DNA of 64,000 bases. Source: Octopus sinensis (Eukaryota). How positions within the stretch are numbered: position 1 is the stretch's first letter; each line of letters starts with the position of its first letter. The position numbers were made by a program, and so were the translations under genes. The notes under the pieces were generated by a model. The model was not told the origin of the DNA, did no database searches, and saw only the letters and a program-made list of their open reading frames with translations. The stretch is from assembly GCF_006345805.1 (NCBI RefSeq), contig NC_042997.1:186992001-187056000 (forward strand), given 5' to 3'. Shown here one piece after another: positions 23,741 to 38,234 of the stretch.

Positions 23741-24264
23741 ATATATGTATGTATATGTGTGAGTGTTAGTGCATATAAGACTTTAATAATAAAGTTAGCT
23801 ACTCAGTTGGTGTATGAGTAAGTGTATGTATGTATGTATGTATGTATGTATGTATGTATGTATGTATATTGAAATACCTATGAAATGTGACAATGCAAGC
23901 TGCTGACAAAGCAAACGGGGAACAAAAAGTATTAAAAGACTTTCAGCAGAATCTGTGCACATTAAACTTCAGATTTAGGGGGAAAAGCATACACAATTTT
24001 TCAGATACACAATGAATTAATTCATTTTCAAATATTGTGAAACTTAATACAAAGAGAGGAAATAAGAGGCGTAAGATAAACACAGCCACCCAAATAATCC
24101 AACTTTTCCTCTTCAGCTAATACCTTCATCTTTCATTTTTCCTTGCCTCCTACCTTGAAAATATTTTTATCTTCTTTCATAATTCTTCCACTTTCACAAT
24201 TCTTAAGCTATTTTTTCTTACCTTTCCTAAATCTTTATCCCTTCTTTTATTTATACACATCAAT

Positions 24265-24416
24265 TATATATACACACACATAATGTGTGTGTGTGTGTAT
24301 GTATTTATGTATATATGTATGTGTGTGTTTATATATATCTGTTTGTATATACATATATATCTGTATATATATATTTATATATACATATACATACATACAT
24401 ATACATACATATATAT

Positions 24417-24460
<44 letters not shown>

Positions 24461-24499
24461 GTACATACCATTTTTTATGTCTTGTCTCATATGTATATA

Positions 24500-24559
<60 letters not shown>

Positions 24560-24677
24560 TTAGAAATTTATGTAATGTGAGTGTATACATATAGCATGTA
24601 TGTGTATATGTTTATATATATAAATATATGTAATGTGAGTGTATATACATATAGTGAGTGTGTGTCTGTGTGTATGT

Positions 24678-24721
<44 letters not shown>

Positions 24722-24745
24722 TGTGTATGTATGTATATGTACATG
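24265..24745. repeat. (TA)n/(TG)n compound microsatellite
   Basis: Direct reading. Confidence 0.9.
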
Positions 24746-25388
24746 GGCAAATACAAATTTTCTCTCTTTTTCTATCCCCCCCACCTACATCTTCTGTTTC
24801 TCATTCATCTTTCCTTCCTAATTCCCTCACTCGTCTTTCTAGTAGGTTTTGGCTTGGCTTTTATTTCAGTAATACTTTTCTTTCATTTTTTTTTCCATCC
24901 AACTTTTTAGCTCTGGTTGAATTCCCTTTTCTTTTCTTTCTTCTCCCTTTTTTTTTAATAAACATGGCTAGCAGCCTTTCCTCTCTCAGGTTGATTTCAA
25001 GGCAAGACAGCTTAAAGAAAACCTCTCAATTATTTCATAGTTTCTTATAAGTATTCTAAACTTTACCTTGTATATATATGTATATATATATATATATATT
25101 TGATTTTTATTTAATCTTACCTATTTTTCCCCCTTATTTTTATTTAATCTTTTCTAAGGTAAAAGATAATCTGTTTGTCTATGAGATAGAAAGAATTTAC
25201 ATACCTTACACATATTTATATGCACACACAGACGTAAGTGTGTGTGTGTGTGTGTATGCATGTATGTAATACTCTTTGCATATTTACCTTTTTCCTTGGC
25301 ACCAGAGCATGCACTCATCTCATCTCATGTGCACACATGTATAAATTCTCTTTCCTTTTAAAATGTATTTAAAATACCATTTACGTAC

Positions 25389-25423
<35 letters not shown>

Positions 25424-25634
25424 CACATTTTTTGTTCTGTATAGCACGAGCCTGTTGATGTACTCTAATGAATTTAGAATGGCTCAGGTGTAAGGAAAGT
25501 AGATGCTAAAATGACTAATTATGTTTTTATTAATTAAAGTAGTGACATTAATCTACTTAGGATATTGAATATATTAACAAAAATGTTTATCATGTTACTT
25601 TTTCATTATAATATCATCATCATAACCATATCAT

Positions 25635-26000
25635 CATCATCATCATCATCATCATTTAACATCCATTTTCCATGCTGTTATGGGTTGGACAGTTTGACCA
25701 GGCTCTGGGAAGCTAGGAAGCTGCACCAGGCTCCAGTCTGATCTGGCAGTGTTTTTACAGCTGGAAGCCCTTCCTAACACCAACCACTCCGAAAGTGTAG
25801 TAGGTGCTTTCTATGTGCCACTGGCATTGGGGCCAGAGGAGCTGGCATCGACCACAGTTGGATGGAGCCTTTTATGTGCCACCGGCACAGAAGCCAATTA
25901 AAGTGGCACTGGCATCGGCCACATTCGGATGGTGCTTTTTACATGCTGCCGGCTCACAACAACAATTTCCATTTGATTTGATTTTGATATTGGTGTTGAT
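25635..26000 (-). mobile_element. RTE 3' UTR copy
   Basis: (cat)n, ttccatgct..atgggttggac, ccagtctgatctggcagtg, gtgcttttt modules. Confidence 0.85.
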
Positions 26001-26034
26001 GTTGATGTCATATATATATATATATATATATGTA

Positions 26035-26180
26035 TGTGGTTGGTGTTAAGAAGGGCATCCAGCTGTAAAATCTGTGCTAAAACAGACACAATTCTGGTGC
26101 TGTCATCTGCTTAGCTATCTCCTGTCAAACCATCCAACCCATGCCAGTGTAGAAGGCAGACGTTAAATAATGATGCTGAT
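26035..26180 (+). mobile_element. RTE-type 3' tail copy
   Basis: tggttggtgttaagaagggcatccagctgtaaaa ... ccaacccatgcc ... gacgttaaa. Confidence 0.75.
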
Positions 26181-26189
26181 ATATGTATA

Positions 26190-26730
26190 TATGATGGGCT
26201 TCTTTCAATTTCTATTGACCTAATCCACTCACAAGGGTTTGGTCATCCTGAGGCTATAGACACTTGCTCATGGTTCTACGCTGTGTGACTGAATCCTGAA
26301 CCTTGTGGCTGGGAATCAAACTTCTTACCACACAGCCCTTTCTTTGCATTTCACTTCATCTTTAAAATTCAGACAGCAAGGACCACACCTTTCTGTATAA
26401 AAATAAAAAATAATGGGAAAATTAAATAAATAACCTTATGATCCTATTGATCTATCAGCTTTTACATATTGATTTTTCTTTCTTGCCTGGGTTAGAATCA
26501 ATTTAAACTGGTGCTGCCCATCGATTGACTGTTATTAAGTTTCAATCAGCAATATATCTTTTATCTTTTATTTGTTTCAGTCATCTGATTGTGGCCATGC
26601 TGGAGCATCAGCTTGAAGAATTTAATAGTTGAATGATTTGACTCTGGTACTTACCTGTTTACGCCTGGTACTTATTCTATTGGTCTCTTTTGTTAAGCCG
26701 CTAAGTTACTGAGACATAAACACACAAACA
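26190..26730 (-). mobile_element. Two degenerate SINE-A fragments (head 26190-26340, tail 26555-26730)
   Basis: Similarity to other copies in the window. Confidence 0.7.
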
Positions 26731-26824
26731 CATTCAGTGATTCTTGAGATATCTTGTCCATGGACAAACAAACAAACACAAATGACTGGAAACAATACCT
26801 CCACCTTTGCTAAGGTGGAGGTAA

Positions 26825-27115
26825 GAAATCCAACTATGGAAATGAAGAAGGTGAAGATAGTGCCAATTATTGTTGGATACTAGGGGACAGTATGAGAAGG
26901 CATCAAGAGGAATATAAAGGAAATGGAAATAGAGTGCCCAGAAGAGCTGTTACAAAAGCTCTACCTCCTTGGCATAGCCAGAATCATCAGGAAAGTAGAT
27001 AGTTTAAAAGAACAGATAGCATGGTACTGTAGCCTGCTGGTAGCAAGCCCACTATGCATGCAAGACTCCAAGGGTTCCAGCAAAACCTGAATTAAAAAGA
27101 ATAGTAATAATGATA
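26825..27115 (+). mobile_element. R4/Dong-like LINE 3' remnant
   Basis: Frameshifted translation LWKMKKVKIVPIIVG.LGTV...LLQKLYLLGIARIIRKV matches the C-terminus of REL-endonuclease R4-clade ORFs; (taa)n tail. Confidence 0.7.
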
Positions 27116-27349
27116 ATTTCTTTTATTGGCCACAAGGGCCCAAGACATGGAGGACAGTAGCAAAAGACAAGTTCCAGCACAAAAAGGTTACAAAAGCAAA
27201 AACGTGGGGTTAACATGAATGAAGGGGAAATACTACCACATTAAAGGATATAACAGTGGATTGTAATTCTTTCAACTACAGCCACAAGGATTGAAATTTT
27301 GAGGGGAGGGGAGATACTGCTCGACTGATACTTATTTTATTAACCCTGA

Positions 27350-27562
27350 AATCCTTTCTACTAAAGGTACAAGGCCTGAAATTTTGAGGGAAGGTTAAAT
27401 CAATTACATCGACCCCAGCACTTCACTGGTACTTAGTTTATTGATCCAGAAAGGATGAAATGTTAAGTTGAATACAGTGGAATTTGAACTCGGAGTGTAA
27501 AACAGACAAAATGCTGCTAAAGCATTTTGTTCAGCATGCTAATGATTCCGCCAGCTTGCTGT
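27350..27562 (-). mobile_element. SINE family B (Meta-domain-like)
   Basis: Matches the head and central block of 39929-40160. Confidence 0.75.
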
Positions 27563-28289
27563 AGTAATAATAATGATGATGATGGTGGTAGTGGTGGTGA
27601 TGGTGGTGATGATGATGATGATGATGAAGATGATGGTGCATTGTTTTTCACATGAAAGAATCGTATATTTTCATTAAATTATAATGAAAGTGGGAAAAAA
27701 AATTATTAGCTACAATTTTTTTTTTTTTTCACATTTCCCCCACATTCCTTTCATTACGGTGTGAAGAGTGTGGGTGGAGTTGTTCCAAGTGGAAAAAAAA
27801 AAATAAAGTGAATAGTCTAAAACAGACTGTTCAATATATCATGCAGTCTGCTGTATTGGTATTACAATTTCCAGGCATGCTGGCACAGTAGGTATGGAAG
27901 CTTTTCATTGCTGCAGCAGCAGTGTTAAATCTACAAGGTAAAAAGAAAGAAAAGAGAAAAAGAAAAAAACCAAAAACCAAAAAAAAAAAAAGAAAATGCT
28001 TTGGTGTAAATTCTTCTAAATGGAAACTAGATTATCTCTCTTTCTCTCTACAATCTCATACCTCATCTAGTTTGCTCTACCTGCTAGAAACAACAGCCCA
28101 ATATCCCTCACCTTATAAACAAGGAAAGAACAAGCTAGATAATGTAATGTAGTCCTACACACCTCCAAGCAGATAGAATGATCACAGCTGGAATGTTTTC
28201 TCAATCGGAGGTCTACTCTATTAAAAGTGACCCGGGGCTAAATAACCACAATTTTAGTATTAATATTAATTGCTGTGATGCTCCCATTT

Positions 28290-28462
28290 TGCTGCACTTA
28301 GAGAAATTATTGTAATCATAATAATTAAAATTGTTATCATTATTATTATTACCATCATCATTCTCAACATAATCATCATCATCATTATTATTACTATCAT
28401 GATTATTATAATTATCATCATCAACATAATCATCATCATTATTATTACTATCATTATCATCA

Positions 28463-28501
<39 letters not shown>

Positions 28502-28646
28502 GTTTGACTTTTTCTTTATATTTGTACAAGTTGGCTCCAAGTTATTATTATTATTATTATTATTTTTATCATCATCATCATCATCATTATTATTACCATC
28601 ATCATTATAATCATTATCACCATTATTATTACTACGACTATAACTA

Positions 28647-28683
<37 letters not shown>

Positions 28684-28722
28684 GATTATTATTATTATCA
28701 TTATTATTATTATCATTATTAC

Positions 28723-28761
<39 letters not shown>

Positions 28762-28790
28762 CTATTATTATTATTATTATTATTAATACA
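28290..28790. repeat. (ATT/ATC)n trinucleotide tracts
   Basis: Direct reading. Confidence 0.92.
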
Positions 28791-29211
28791 CCCAAGACTG
28801 TTATTTCTCCTCATACTAATGCTAATTTTGTCATTCAATTAAATTTCTTTGCTAGCAATTCTGTATTTTTGGTATAGTTTAATACAGTTATTGTAATAGT
28901 TGTTATCATTGTTATTCTCCATTGCTGCATAACTACAAAAAAAAAAATTTTTTAAATAAAGTAAAAAAGAACAATAGTCCATTAGATTTTCTTTTTTAAA
29001 TTTTGAACTTCATTCTATTTTGTTGTTTTTCAATTTCCATAAATAAATAAATAAATAAATAAAATGAAAAATATAACAAACAGGAATTGCCATTTTTTCA
29101 ACCCCACCCCCCTGAAATCTTGCAACAAGGCTTCAAGTTGTGTTTATGGTAATGTTGAATGGTTTAAAAATACAGGCAATGGTTAGGTGAGTGTGTGCAC
29201 AATACTTTTAT

Positions 29212-30545
29212 ATGCACGCACACACACACATATGCACACACACACATTTATACATATACATGCACAGATACATACACACATGCACATGTATATACACACA
29301 TATATATAAATATATATATACACACACACATACATACACATATATACACACACATACATATACATGTACACACACATAGATATATACAAACATATATACA
29401 CATGCACATATATATACACACACATATACACACATCTATACTTACACACACACATACACATACATATATACACATACACATTTATACACATACATGCACA
29501 CATTCATACACACACATGCACACATGCATACACACATATATAAATATATATATACACACACACATACATACACATATATACACACACATACATATACATG
29601 TACACACACATAGATATATACAAACATATATACACATGCACATATATATACACACACATATACACACATCTATACTTACACACACACATACACATACATA
29701 TATACACATACACATTTATACACATACATGCACACATTCATACACACACATGCACACATGCATACACACATATATATAAATATATATATATATACACACA
29801 CATACATACACATATATACACACATGCATACACACATACATATATTCACATACACATATACTTACATATACACATACATATATATACACACTTACGCATG
29901 TATACATACATACTTGCACATAAATATACACATATCTACACACACACATGCACATATATATGCATAAACACATGCTTATACACATAGATGCAGATATATG
30001 TGCACATGTACACACACACACATATACATGTACATACACATATAGATATATACACATGCACATATACACACATATATACTTACACACACACATACACATA
30101 CATATATATACACACACATGTATATATACATACATGCACATAAATATACACATATCTACACACACACACATGCATATATATATATATATATATATATACA
30201 TAGATGCAGATATATGTACACACGTATACACACACATATATACATGTACACACACATAGATATACACACACACATATGTACACATGCACATATACCCATA
30301 CACACATACTTACACACACATACACATACATATATATACACACTTATGCATGTATATATACATACATGCCCATAAATATACACATATCTACACACACATG
30401 CACATATATATATACATAAACACACGCTTATATACATAGATACAGATATATATACACACGTACATACACACATACATGTACACACACAGATATACACACA
30501 CACACATATATATACACATGCACGTACACACACACACTCACACAT
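29212..30545. repeat. CA/TA-rich compound satellite including a 234-bp tandem duplication
   Basis: Near-identical ORF-track peptides offset by exactly 234 nt (29208/29442; 29248/29482). Confidence 0.88.
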
Positions 30546-30712
30546 ATGTAATAACAGTAAACGTAGAAAAGGGTGTAGCTTTATCATAATCATCACCATT
30601 CTCGTTTCGAGTATTTACTTAATGACTACATCACCTGTTAGAGGGTGGGAGAATTTTAACACTTGTATGCTTAGCTGAAGCAGAGGTAAAAGAAACACAC
30701 ATGCACACACAT

Positions 30713-30763
<51 letters not shown>

Positions 30764-31104
30764 CACATGCACACACACACACACACACACACAACACACA
30801 CACACACACACACACATGCATACATATACGTCTATATCTATGCTTCTTGACATAGGTATTCAAGAACACCTTTATACAATTCTGCTGTTAGTAAACACCA
30901 ATAGTTCTAATTAAAAAAGATAAAATAAAATACTGTTGTTGTTGTTATTGTTGCTGTTCCTGCCGTTGCCACTATCATCATCATCATCATCATCATCATC
31001 AGCATCTTCATCATCCTCATAGACCAACAATCATTTCGTATGACTACCTCAAGAAAAAGGAAAACTAACAAACAAAAATCCCCTTTGTTATTATTTTCAC
31101 AACT

Positions 31105-31135
<31 letters not shown>

Positions 31136-31323
31136 CAGTAGTAGCAGTAGCTGTAGTAGTAGTAGTAGTTGTAGTAGTAGTAGTGGTAGTAGTAGTAGTA
31201 GTGGTAGTGGTAGTAGTAGTAATAGTAGTAGTAGTAGTGGTAGTGGTAGTAGTAATAGTAATTGTAGTAGTAGTAGTGGTAGTAGTAGTAGTAATTGTAG
31301 TAGTGGTAGTAGTAGTAGTAATT

Positions 31324-31374
<51 letters not shown>

Positions 31375-31690
31375 ATTGTAGTAGTAGTAGTAATTGTAGT
31401 AGTAATAGTAGTAGTAGTAGTAACAGCAGCAGCAGCAGCAGCTATAAGAGCAGTTCTTCCTTCCCTGGCACTAACTATTGCCATAAGCTGTAGTAGGAGC
31501 ATAAGTGGCTGCAGCCGTGATTGCAGTAATGCAACAGCATCACCACTTCCACTGCCACCATCACCACCACAACCATCACCACTGCCACTGTTGCTGCCAC
31601 TGCCACCATTGCCTCCGTTGCCACCACTGCCACCTCCACCATGATCCTCCTCCTCCTCCACCAACACTGCCACCTACACTGCTTCATCAT
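31105..31690. repeat. (GTA)n, (GCA)n and (CCA)n trinucleotide tracts
   Basis: Direct reading; explains the poly-T/V/G ORFs. Confidence 0.9.
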
Positions 31691-32043
31691 CACCCCATTG
31701 CCATCAATATCACTGCTGTTATAAATACTATCCCTAAAAAAAAAAAAACCAAAAAAGCAGTAGCAGCATTAGTAGCTGTTGCCATAGTGATTAATACATA
31801 TGATAATCCACACCCCCTAAATTATTACTTATTAATGTTTTAGATTTGTATCTGTTGCCTTCCCAAAAAAAAAGGAAGTAATTTAAAACCAAAATCAAAA
31901 AACAAAATAATAATAGATTTTAATGAACTCCTTTAATTATTAATCAACAAGTTTTTAACACATCAAGAACAATGAAATATTTAACGATGCTGTTAATTAG
32001 AAATCGACAGAATTAATTAGTTATGATATTAAAGGGATACAGG

Positions 32044-32089
<46 letters not shown>

Positions 32090-32095
32090 CCTGTA

Positions 32096-32140
<45 letters not shown>

Positions 32141-33626
32141 TATCCTGTATACCTGCTGTTCAGTTTCGAACATAACCATTTGGTTCTGAACAAATGAAGA
32201 CAGCATTATTAATCTTCTGTCAACTTCCTTCTAAGTAAATTACTAATTGCTAATTAAATGTACATGATCATTTCACTTGTTACTGATGGACCTCTTGTGA
32301 TCATCTTATCTATAATACAGATTAATGGATATAAATTTAGTATATGCCTAGTTACCAAACCTGTTACAGTTTCCTTTACCGGTTTTATCTGTCTGCCTGT
32401 CTCTTGCTTTCACTTTCTCTTTACTTCTTCCTATCGTTCAAAATGTTACAGTGAGATTGGACATTTTGTGATCCAGATGATTTTTTAAGGTTACAAGGAA
32501 TCACATTTCTGCAAGACACAAAATGAAGATCTGAATCAAAAGCAAACTGCTAGTTCCTGCCAACTGTAACAATGTTCTTGATGCCTACCTTGGTGAGCTT
32601 AAAATAATCAGGGTACCTGTAAAAGTTTGGTAGATGAAACCAGCAAAAATTAAGTACAACACTGACTTTCAAGGCACTGATGGTTTGGAACCTCTTCATT
32701 GGACTGAATATGTTGATTAGCTCTGGAGCTAACCAACGACAGCATTTGTCCTATTTATCTGGACTGCCATGTTAACTTGGCGATAACTATTATTATATTT
32801 TAACAACATTTTTACATTATTTCAACAATATATGTTAATCTTAAGATTGGTTATCAAGATTAAGTATTATTTTTAAACAGTTTTCATCCATTCTTAAGGT
32901 GGTAGAGTAAAATTTGAAGAGGATTTAACTGCTATTTCTGTCAATTTAAGTCATCATGCAGCAGCTATCTCATTCCTTGCACAGAACATGACAAGGATCC
33001 ATTCTTTCACTCACTCTTTTTAACATATACCTACAAAATCTTACTTCTCCACAAAGAATACACACTGCTTCATATTCAGATGACATCACTTTCATCCTTT
33101 CACTATGCCCTAAACCAAAGGGTTCCCAACCACTGAACCATGGACCAGTAGCAGGCAATTAAACATTTGGTACCAGGTTGAACAGAAAGTATAAATTTAA
33201 ACATTTTATTTTTATTTTATTGACAACTGCTCCATGTAGGGTGTTCTTGCATTATATATGCATTACATATTTAATATACATTTATTTTATATGTAATAAT
33301 TAATGTACTTGATAATATTTTAAAATATTATACACTTTTTTGTGTTTTGTTATGTGTGTCATCTAGGCCTGGATTTAGATCCATAGAAGCCCCTAAGCAC
33401 TTAAAAGATATTATATTGTGTAATTCACAATATAAGCAATTATAAAACATAATGTAAATTTTTATTTTTCAAAATGAAACAAAATTAACAGTAAAATGAA
33501 AAATAATGTTTATTTTTGTATACTTCCACTTTATATCTGAAAAGTTTTCACCTACTTTTTTCAATTGCAAAGTATTTGATAGATCCTCAAAATTAATCTT
33601 ATGTAACACATCTTATGTAACACATA

Positions 33627-34040
33627 GGCACAGGACTGGCTGTGTGGTAAGTAGCTTGCTTACCAACCACATGGTTCAGGGTTCAGTCCCACTGTGTGAC
33701 ATCTTGAGCAAGTGTCTTCTTCTATAGCCTCGGGCCGACCAATGCCTTGTGAGTGGATTTGGTAGATGGAAACTGAAAGAAGCCCGTCGTATATATGTAT
33801 ATATATATATATATATATACATATGCATGTGTGTGTTTGTGTGTCTGTGTTTGTCCCCCTAGCATCGCTTAACAACCGATGCTGGTGTGTTTACGTCCCC
33901 GTAACTTAGTGGTTCGGCAAAAGAGACCAATATAATAAGTACTGAGCTTACAAAGAATAAGTCTCGGGGTCGATTTGCTCGACTAAAGGTGGTGCTCCAG
34001 CATGGCCGCAATCAAATGACTGAAACAAGTAAAAGAGAGT
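33627..34040 (+). mobile_element. SINE-A, full length
   Basis: Matches 6967-7390. Confidence 0.9.
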
Positions 34041-34079
34041 ACTTCTACATTTAGTAGAGATAAGGCATCCTGAATAGTA

Positions 34080-34285
34080 TTTTTTTTCACTACCCACAAG
34101 GGGCTAAACACAGAGAGGACAAACAAAGACAGACAAAAGGATTAAGCCGATTATATCGCCCCAGTGCACAACTGGTACTTAATTTATCGACCCTGAAAGG
34201 ATGAAAAGCAAAGTCGACCTCGGCGGAATTTGAACTCAGAACGTAAAGACGGACGAAATACAGCTACACATTTCGCCTGGCAAGC
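34080..34285 (-). mobile_element. SINE-B
   Basis: ctggtacttaatttatcgaccctgaaaggatgaaaagcaaagtcgacctcggcggaatttgaactcagaac. Confidence 0.88.
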
Positions 34286-35039
34286 AAGCTTAAAATGATT
34301 TCTTTTGTGTAGTAAACCATTTACCATTTCTGTGGTCCCTCCACCCTGTCCCTTGGTGCCCTAAGCACAGGCTTATTTTGCTTAATAGTTAATCCAGCGA
34401 CGGTGTCATCTCTTGGTCTGTAGTGTAAAAAGGGTTGGGTACTGCTGCTGTAGACAACTGCACTGTTACTTTAAAATCTGCATCAATTAAAATCCTTGTA
34501 CTCAAAACGATTGTGTTCTTTACAAGCAACCTTTCCCCTCCCAAGTAAAAGCTCCAGTGAATGCAACCAACCATCACGCAACATACGTACACCCACAGAC
34601 ACATAAACATACTTACCACAAAGCTGACAAAATAATAGCAGTTACATGCAACACTTCTTTCTATAACACTCACAGCACATGCAGACAGAAAGCAACAACG
34701 ACAACAACAACAAAAGCAAGCTGATGTATAAACATGCAAAAATATACATTTGGTAAATGCAAAGAAACAAACAATTGTGGTGATCTTTCTGCAACAAACC
34801 ATAAATTAACTACAAAGAACAATGCCGTGTTCTTCACATCATTATAGGTTGCATAAAAGCCACACCCATAGATTTTCTGTATAACAAAATAAATGTTAAA
34901 AATCAAAGAACACCTGAACTTCTAAGATGTGAAATTTGATGCTGCAACAAACTCCAGTTTTTACCATCACTGCCATTACATGTACAATCAGTTCCCACCC
35001 AGAAGCAAGAAAGTACATCTACAGTAGTGATCATCCTCG

Positions 35040-35395
35040 ACATCATCATCATCATCGTCATCATTTAACGTCCGTTTTCTATGCTAGCATGGGTTGGATG
35101 GTTCGACTGGGATCTGGGAAGCCAGGAGGCTGCACCAGGCTCCAGTCTGATCTGGCAGTGTTTCTACAGCTGGATGCCCTTCCTTATGCCAACCACTCTG
35201 TGAGTGTAGTGGGTGCTTTTTATGTGCCAGGGAAGGCTGACAGTGGCCATGATTGGTTAGTATTTTTTACGTGCCACTGGCACAGAAGCCAATTAAGGTG
35301 GCGCTGGCATCGACCATGTTCGAATGGTGCTTTTTATGTGCCACCGGCACAGGTATCACAACTATGATTTCCATTTGATATTTATTTTGATGTTG
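35040..35395 (-). mobile_element. RTE 3' UTR copy
   Basis: Near-identical to 1625-1950 in the terminal part. Confidence 0.85.
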
Positions 35396-35703
35396 ACACT
35401 AAACTGAAAATAGCATTCTTCTTATCCAGTCCAAACAGGCATTGGGCACAAAAGTAGGAGTATCTACAATATCCCCCATACACTGTACTGGGATGCATAC
35501 CAGAAATGTTGCAGAGATGGGCAAAGAAATGTAGCTGTCATATCTTGACTGAGTTTGCTGTAGCTGCCACCACTACCAGCATCTGCAAATATACAAAACT
35601 AGACTGGACAATGAAGAAGATACACTATAGACCACATGTCATACTGTACCCCATACAATTTCCTACTTTTTGTCAGAAGGTGAACTATAGTAGTTAATTA
35701 TGT

Positions 35704-36070
35704 AGATGCGGGAGTGGCTGTGTGGTAAGTAGCTTGCTTATCAACCACATGGTTCTGGGTTCAGTCCCATTGCGTGGCACCTTTGGCAAGTGTCTTCGGG
35801 CCGATCAAAGCCTTGTGAGTAGATTTGGTAGATGGAAACTGAAAGAAGCTCATCGTATACACACACACATATATGTATGTATATGTTTGTATGCCTGTGC
35901 TTGCCGCCCCGCCCCAACATCACTTGACAACCGATGCTGGTGTGTTTATGTCCCTGTAACTTTGAGGTTTGGCAAAATAGTCCAATAGAATAAGTACTAG
36001 GCTTACAAAGAATAAGTCCTAGGGGTCGATTTGCTCAACTAAAGGGGGTGCTCCAGCTTGGCCGCAGCTA
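35704..36070 (+). mobile_element. SINE-A
   Basis: Matches 6967-7390 with small deletions. Confidence 0.87.
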
Positions 36071-36379
36071 AGAATAGAAGAATATAGTCTTGTGCTACAC
36101 AGAGGTGTGGTATGTATGAAGCAGTATATCTGTAGGCTGCGCTAGTTATTTGGCTGACTGCCTGCATGCCACGGGGCATACTTAATCAGAGCTGACATGA
36201 GGTTACACAACATCAACTGTCTATGTCAACAAAATAACCCCTTTTTTAGTAAAATGTTAAATTTGTTTTTAATGATCTTTTCTAACATTTGTAGTTCAAA
36301 AGAAAATGGAAGAGAGTGACAAGGCAGATACACCTAGGAATATATAACTTTCTATTATTGCTTAATAACAAATATAAAA

Positions 36380-36597
36380 TGGTTTCAAATTTAGGCCTGA
36401 GACCAACAGTTTTTCAGAGGAGGGGGTAAGTTTAATTACATTGCTCCCAATATTCAACTGGTATTTATTTTATCAACCCTCTGAAAAATGTAAAGCAAAG
36501 TTGACCTCAGCTGCTTTTGAGCTCACAATGTAAAACTGGAAGGAATGTTGGTAAGCATTTCATCAGGTATGATAATGTTTCTGCCAGCTTGCTGTCT
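36380..36597 (-). mobile_element. SINE-B, degenerate
   Basis: Similarity to 45925-46140. Confidence 0.7.
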
Positions 36598-37021
36598 TAT
36601 CACAACATATGTAAGATAGAAATGAAATAACATGCATTTAAGAAATGAATTTGTACAATGACTCTGGCAAATGCTATGAAGTCTGTTCTTCACTGAGAAG
36701 GTCAGAATAAGACTGAGACATTTCCAGAGTTGTCTCCTCTGTTGACAAGAAAGCTTAAAAAATAATACTGGTCATTGAGTAAAATTATTTTTTATTTCTT
36801 AAAAAAAATGTCATTTTTTTTCTTCACCATTTGTTTCTATTTAACCTGTTTTTTTATGCTTCATGCTTTACATATGTTAGTACTAACTTTATGAAAATTA
36901 AGTATTGTTTAAAACTAAATCACTTTATATATTCTGTGATATTTTTACACTGAATTATTGTGACTGAAAATCAAGCTAACACTTAGTATTAAAATCAAAC
37001 TGTATATGAAGTTACATATAT

Positions 37022-37432
37022 ACTCTTTACTTTTTTATTAGTCTCAGTCATTTGACTGCGACCATGCTGGAGCACCACCTTTAGTCGAGCAAATCAACTC
37101 CAGGACTTATTCTCTGTAAGCCTAGTACTTATTTTATCGGTCTCTTTTGCCGAACCACTAAGTTACGGGGATGTAAACACACCAGCATTGGTTGTCAAGC
37201 GATACTGTGGGGACAAACACAGACACACAAACATATACACACACATACATACATATATATACATATATACGATGGGCTTCTTTCAGTTTCCGTCTACCAA
37301 ATCCACTCACAAGACTTTGGTCGACCTGAGGTTACAGTAGAAGACACTTGCTCTAGGTGCCATGCAGTGGGAATGAACCTGGAACCATGTGGTTTGTTAG
37401 CAAGCTACTTACTATACTGCCACTCCTGCACC
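37022..37432 (-). mobile_element. SINE-A, full length
   Basis: Reverse complement of 6967-7390. Confidence 0.9.
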
Positions 37433-38234
37433 TATATATATATATATATATATAGTTTACTTTGGGGAAGAACAGCACACATTATTTTTGGCAGAGTTTT
37501 TGAGACTAGTGAAAGAAAGAAAAGACTTATTCTCACACACAGGAGATATGGTCCAAATCCTTGCAGAAGAATGAACTCTGTTTAAGGCACTGAAGAGCCA
37601 GATGATAATGTTTAAACTGGTTGACAGATTAGGTCTGCTGTAAAATCGTAACTCTTCTGTCTGTCTGTCTCTCTGAAGTTGAGCAAAACAGGAAAGAAAT
37701 AGATAATATTTTAGTTCCAATGTTGCTTTTCTAATGACATTGAGCCTGATTCAGCTAGGGCGGATTTTTCTTTATCCGTCTTGGTTGAATAACATATACC
37801 ACCTCATATACAAACAGTGATTTGTGTTTGTTTGAAAGGTGTGTAAGTGTATGCTGTGTCACACTGATGAGGCTGAAAGAAGTGAAGTGCTTGTATTTCA
37901 CACCCATGTCAGCAGCATGGTTAGGGAGTTTGTTTAACAAACATGTAGTACCCTGTTTGGTAGCACTGCATGATGTCTTCAGTAAATGTTTTTTCTATCA
38001 TAGCCTTGAGTCAACCCATTGAATGAAGTATACCTATTCTTGTGTAATAGATTTAATCTGTTGTTTGGTTTAAGACTATCACCTGGTTCTTGAGTGCTTT
38101 TAGTATAGTTCTCTGTTGTAAGTGTTCAGACCAAACACCTGATCCAAGACAAAGCCATGAATTATCTTATTCTCTGCTCTTTCCTCCATCAGTCTTGGAG
38201 TTCATAAGCATTGAGCTTGCTCCTCCTCACTTGG

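Larger units (their letters stand above)
33364..34402 (+). mobile_element. hAT MITE with perfect 8-bp TSD
   Basis: gtgtcatc at 33356-33363 and 34403-34410; imperfect TIRs (..ctggatt / aatccag..); ccctaagcac near both ends. Confidence 0.75.
33116..34447 (+). mobile_element. hAT-Charlie (MER1-like) MITE, outer element of a nest
   Basis: Ends caaagggttcccaacc and ggttgggtactgctg; degenerate 8-bp flanks ccctaaac/ctgtagac. Confidence 0.6.

Noticed and set aside
31065-31673. 202-aa Gly/Thr-rich mucin-like ORF
   Set aside because: Built from trinucleotide runs that are open on both strands; no splice or domain support.
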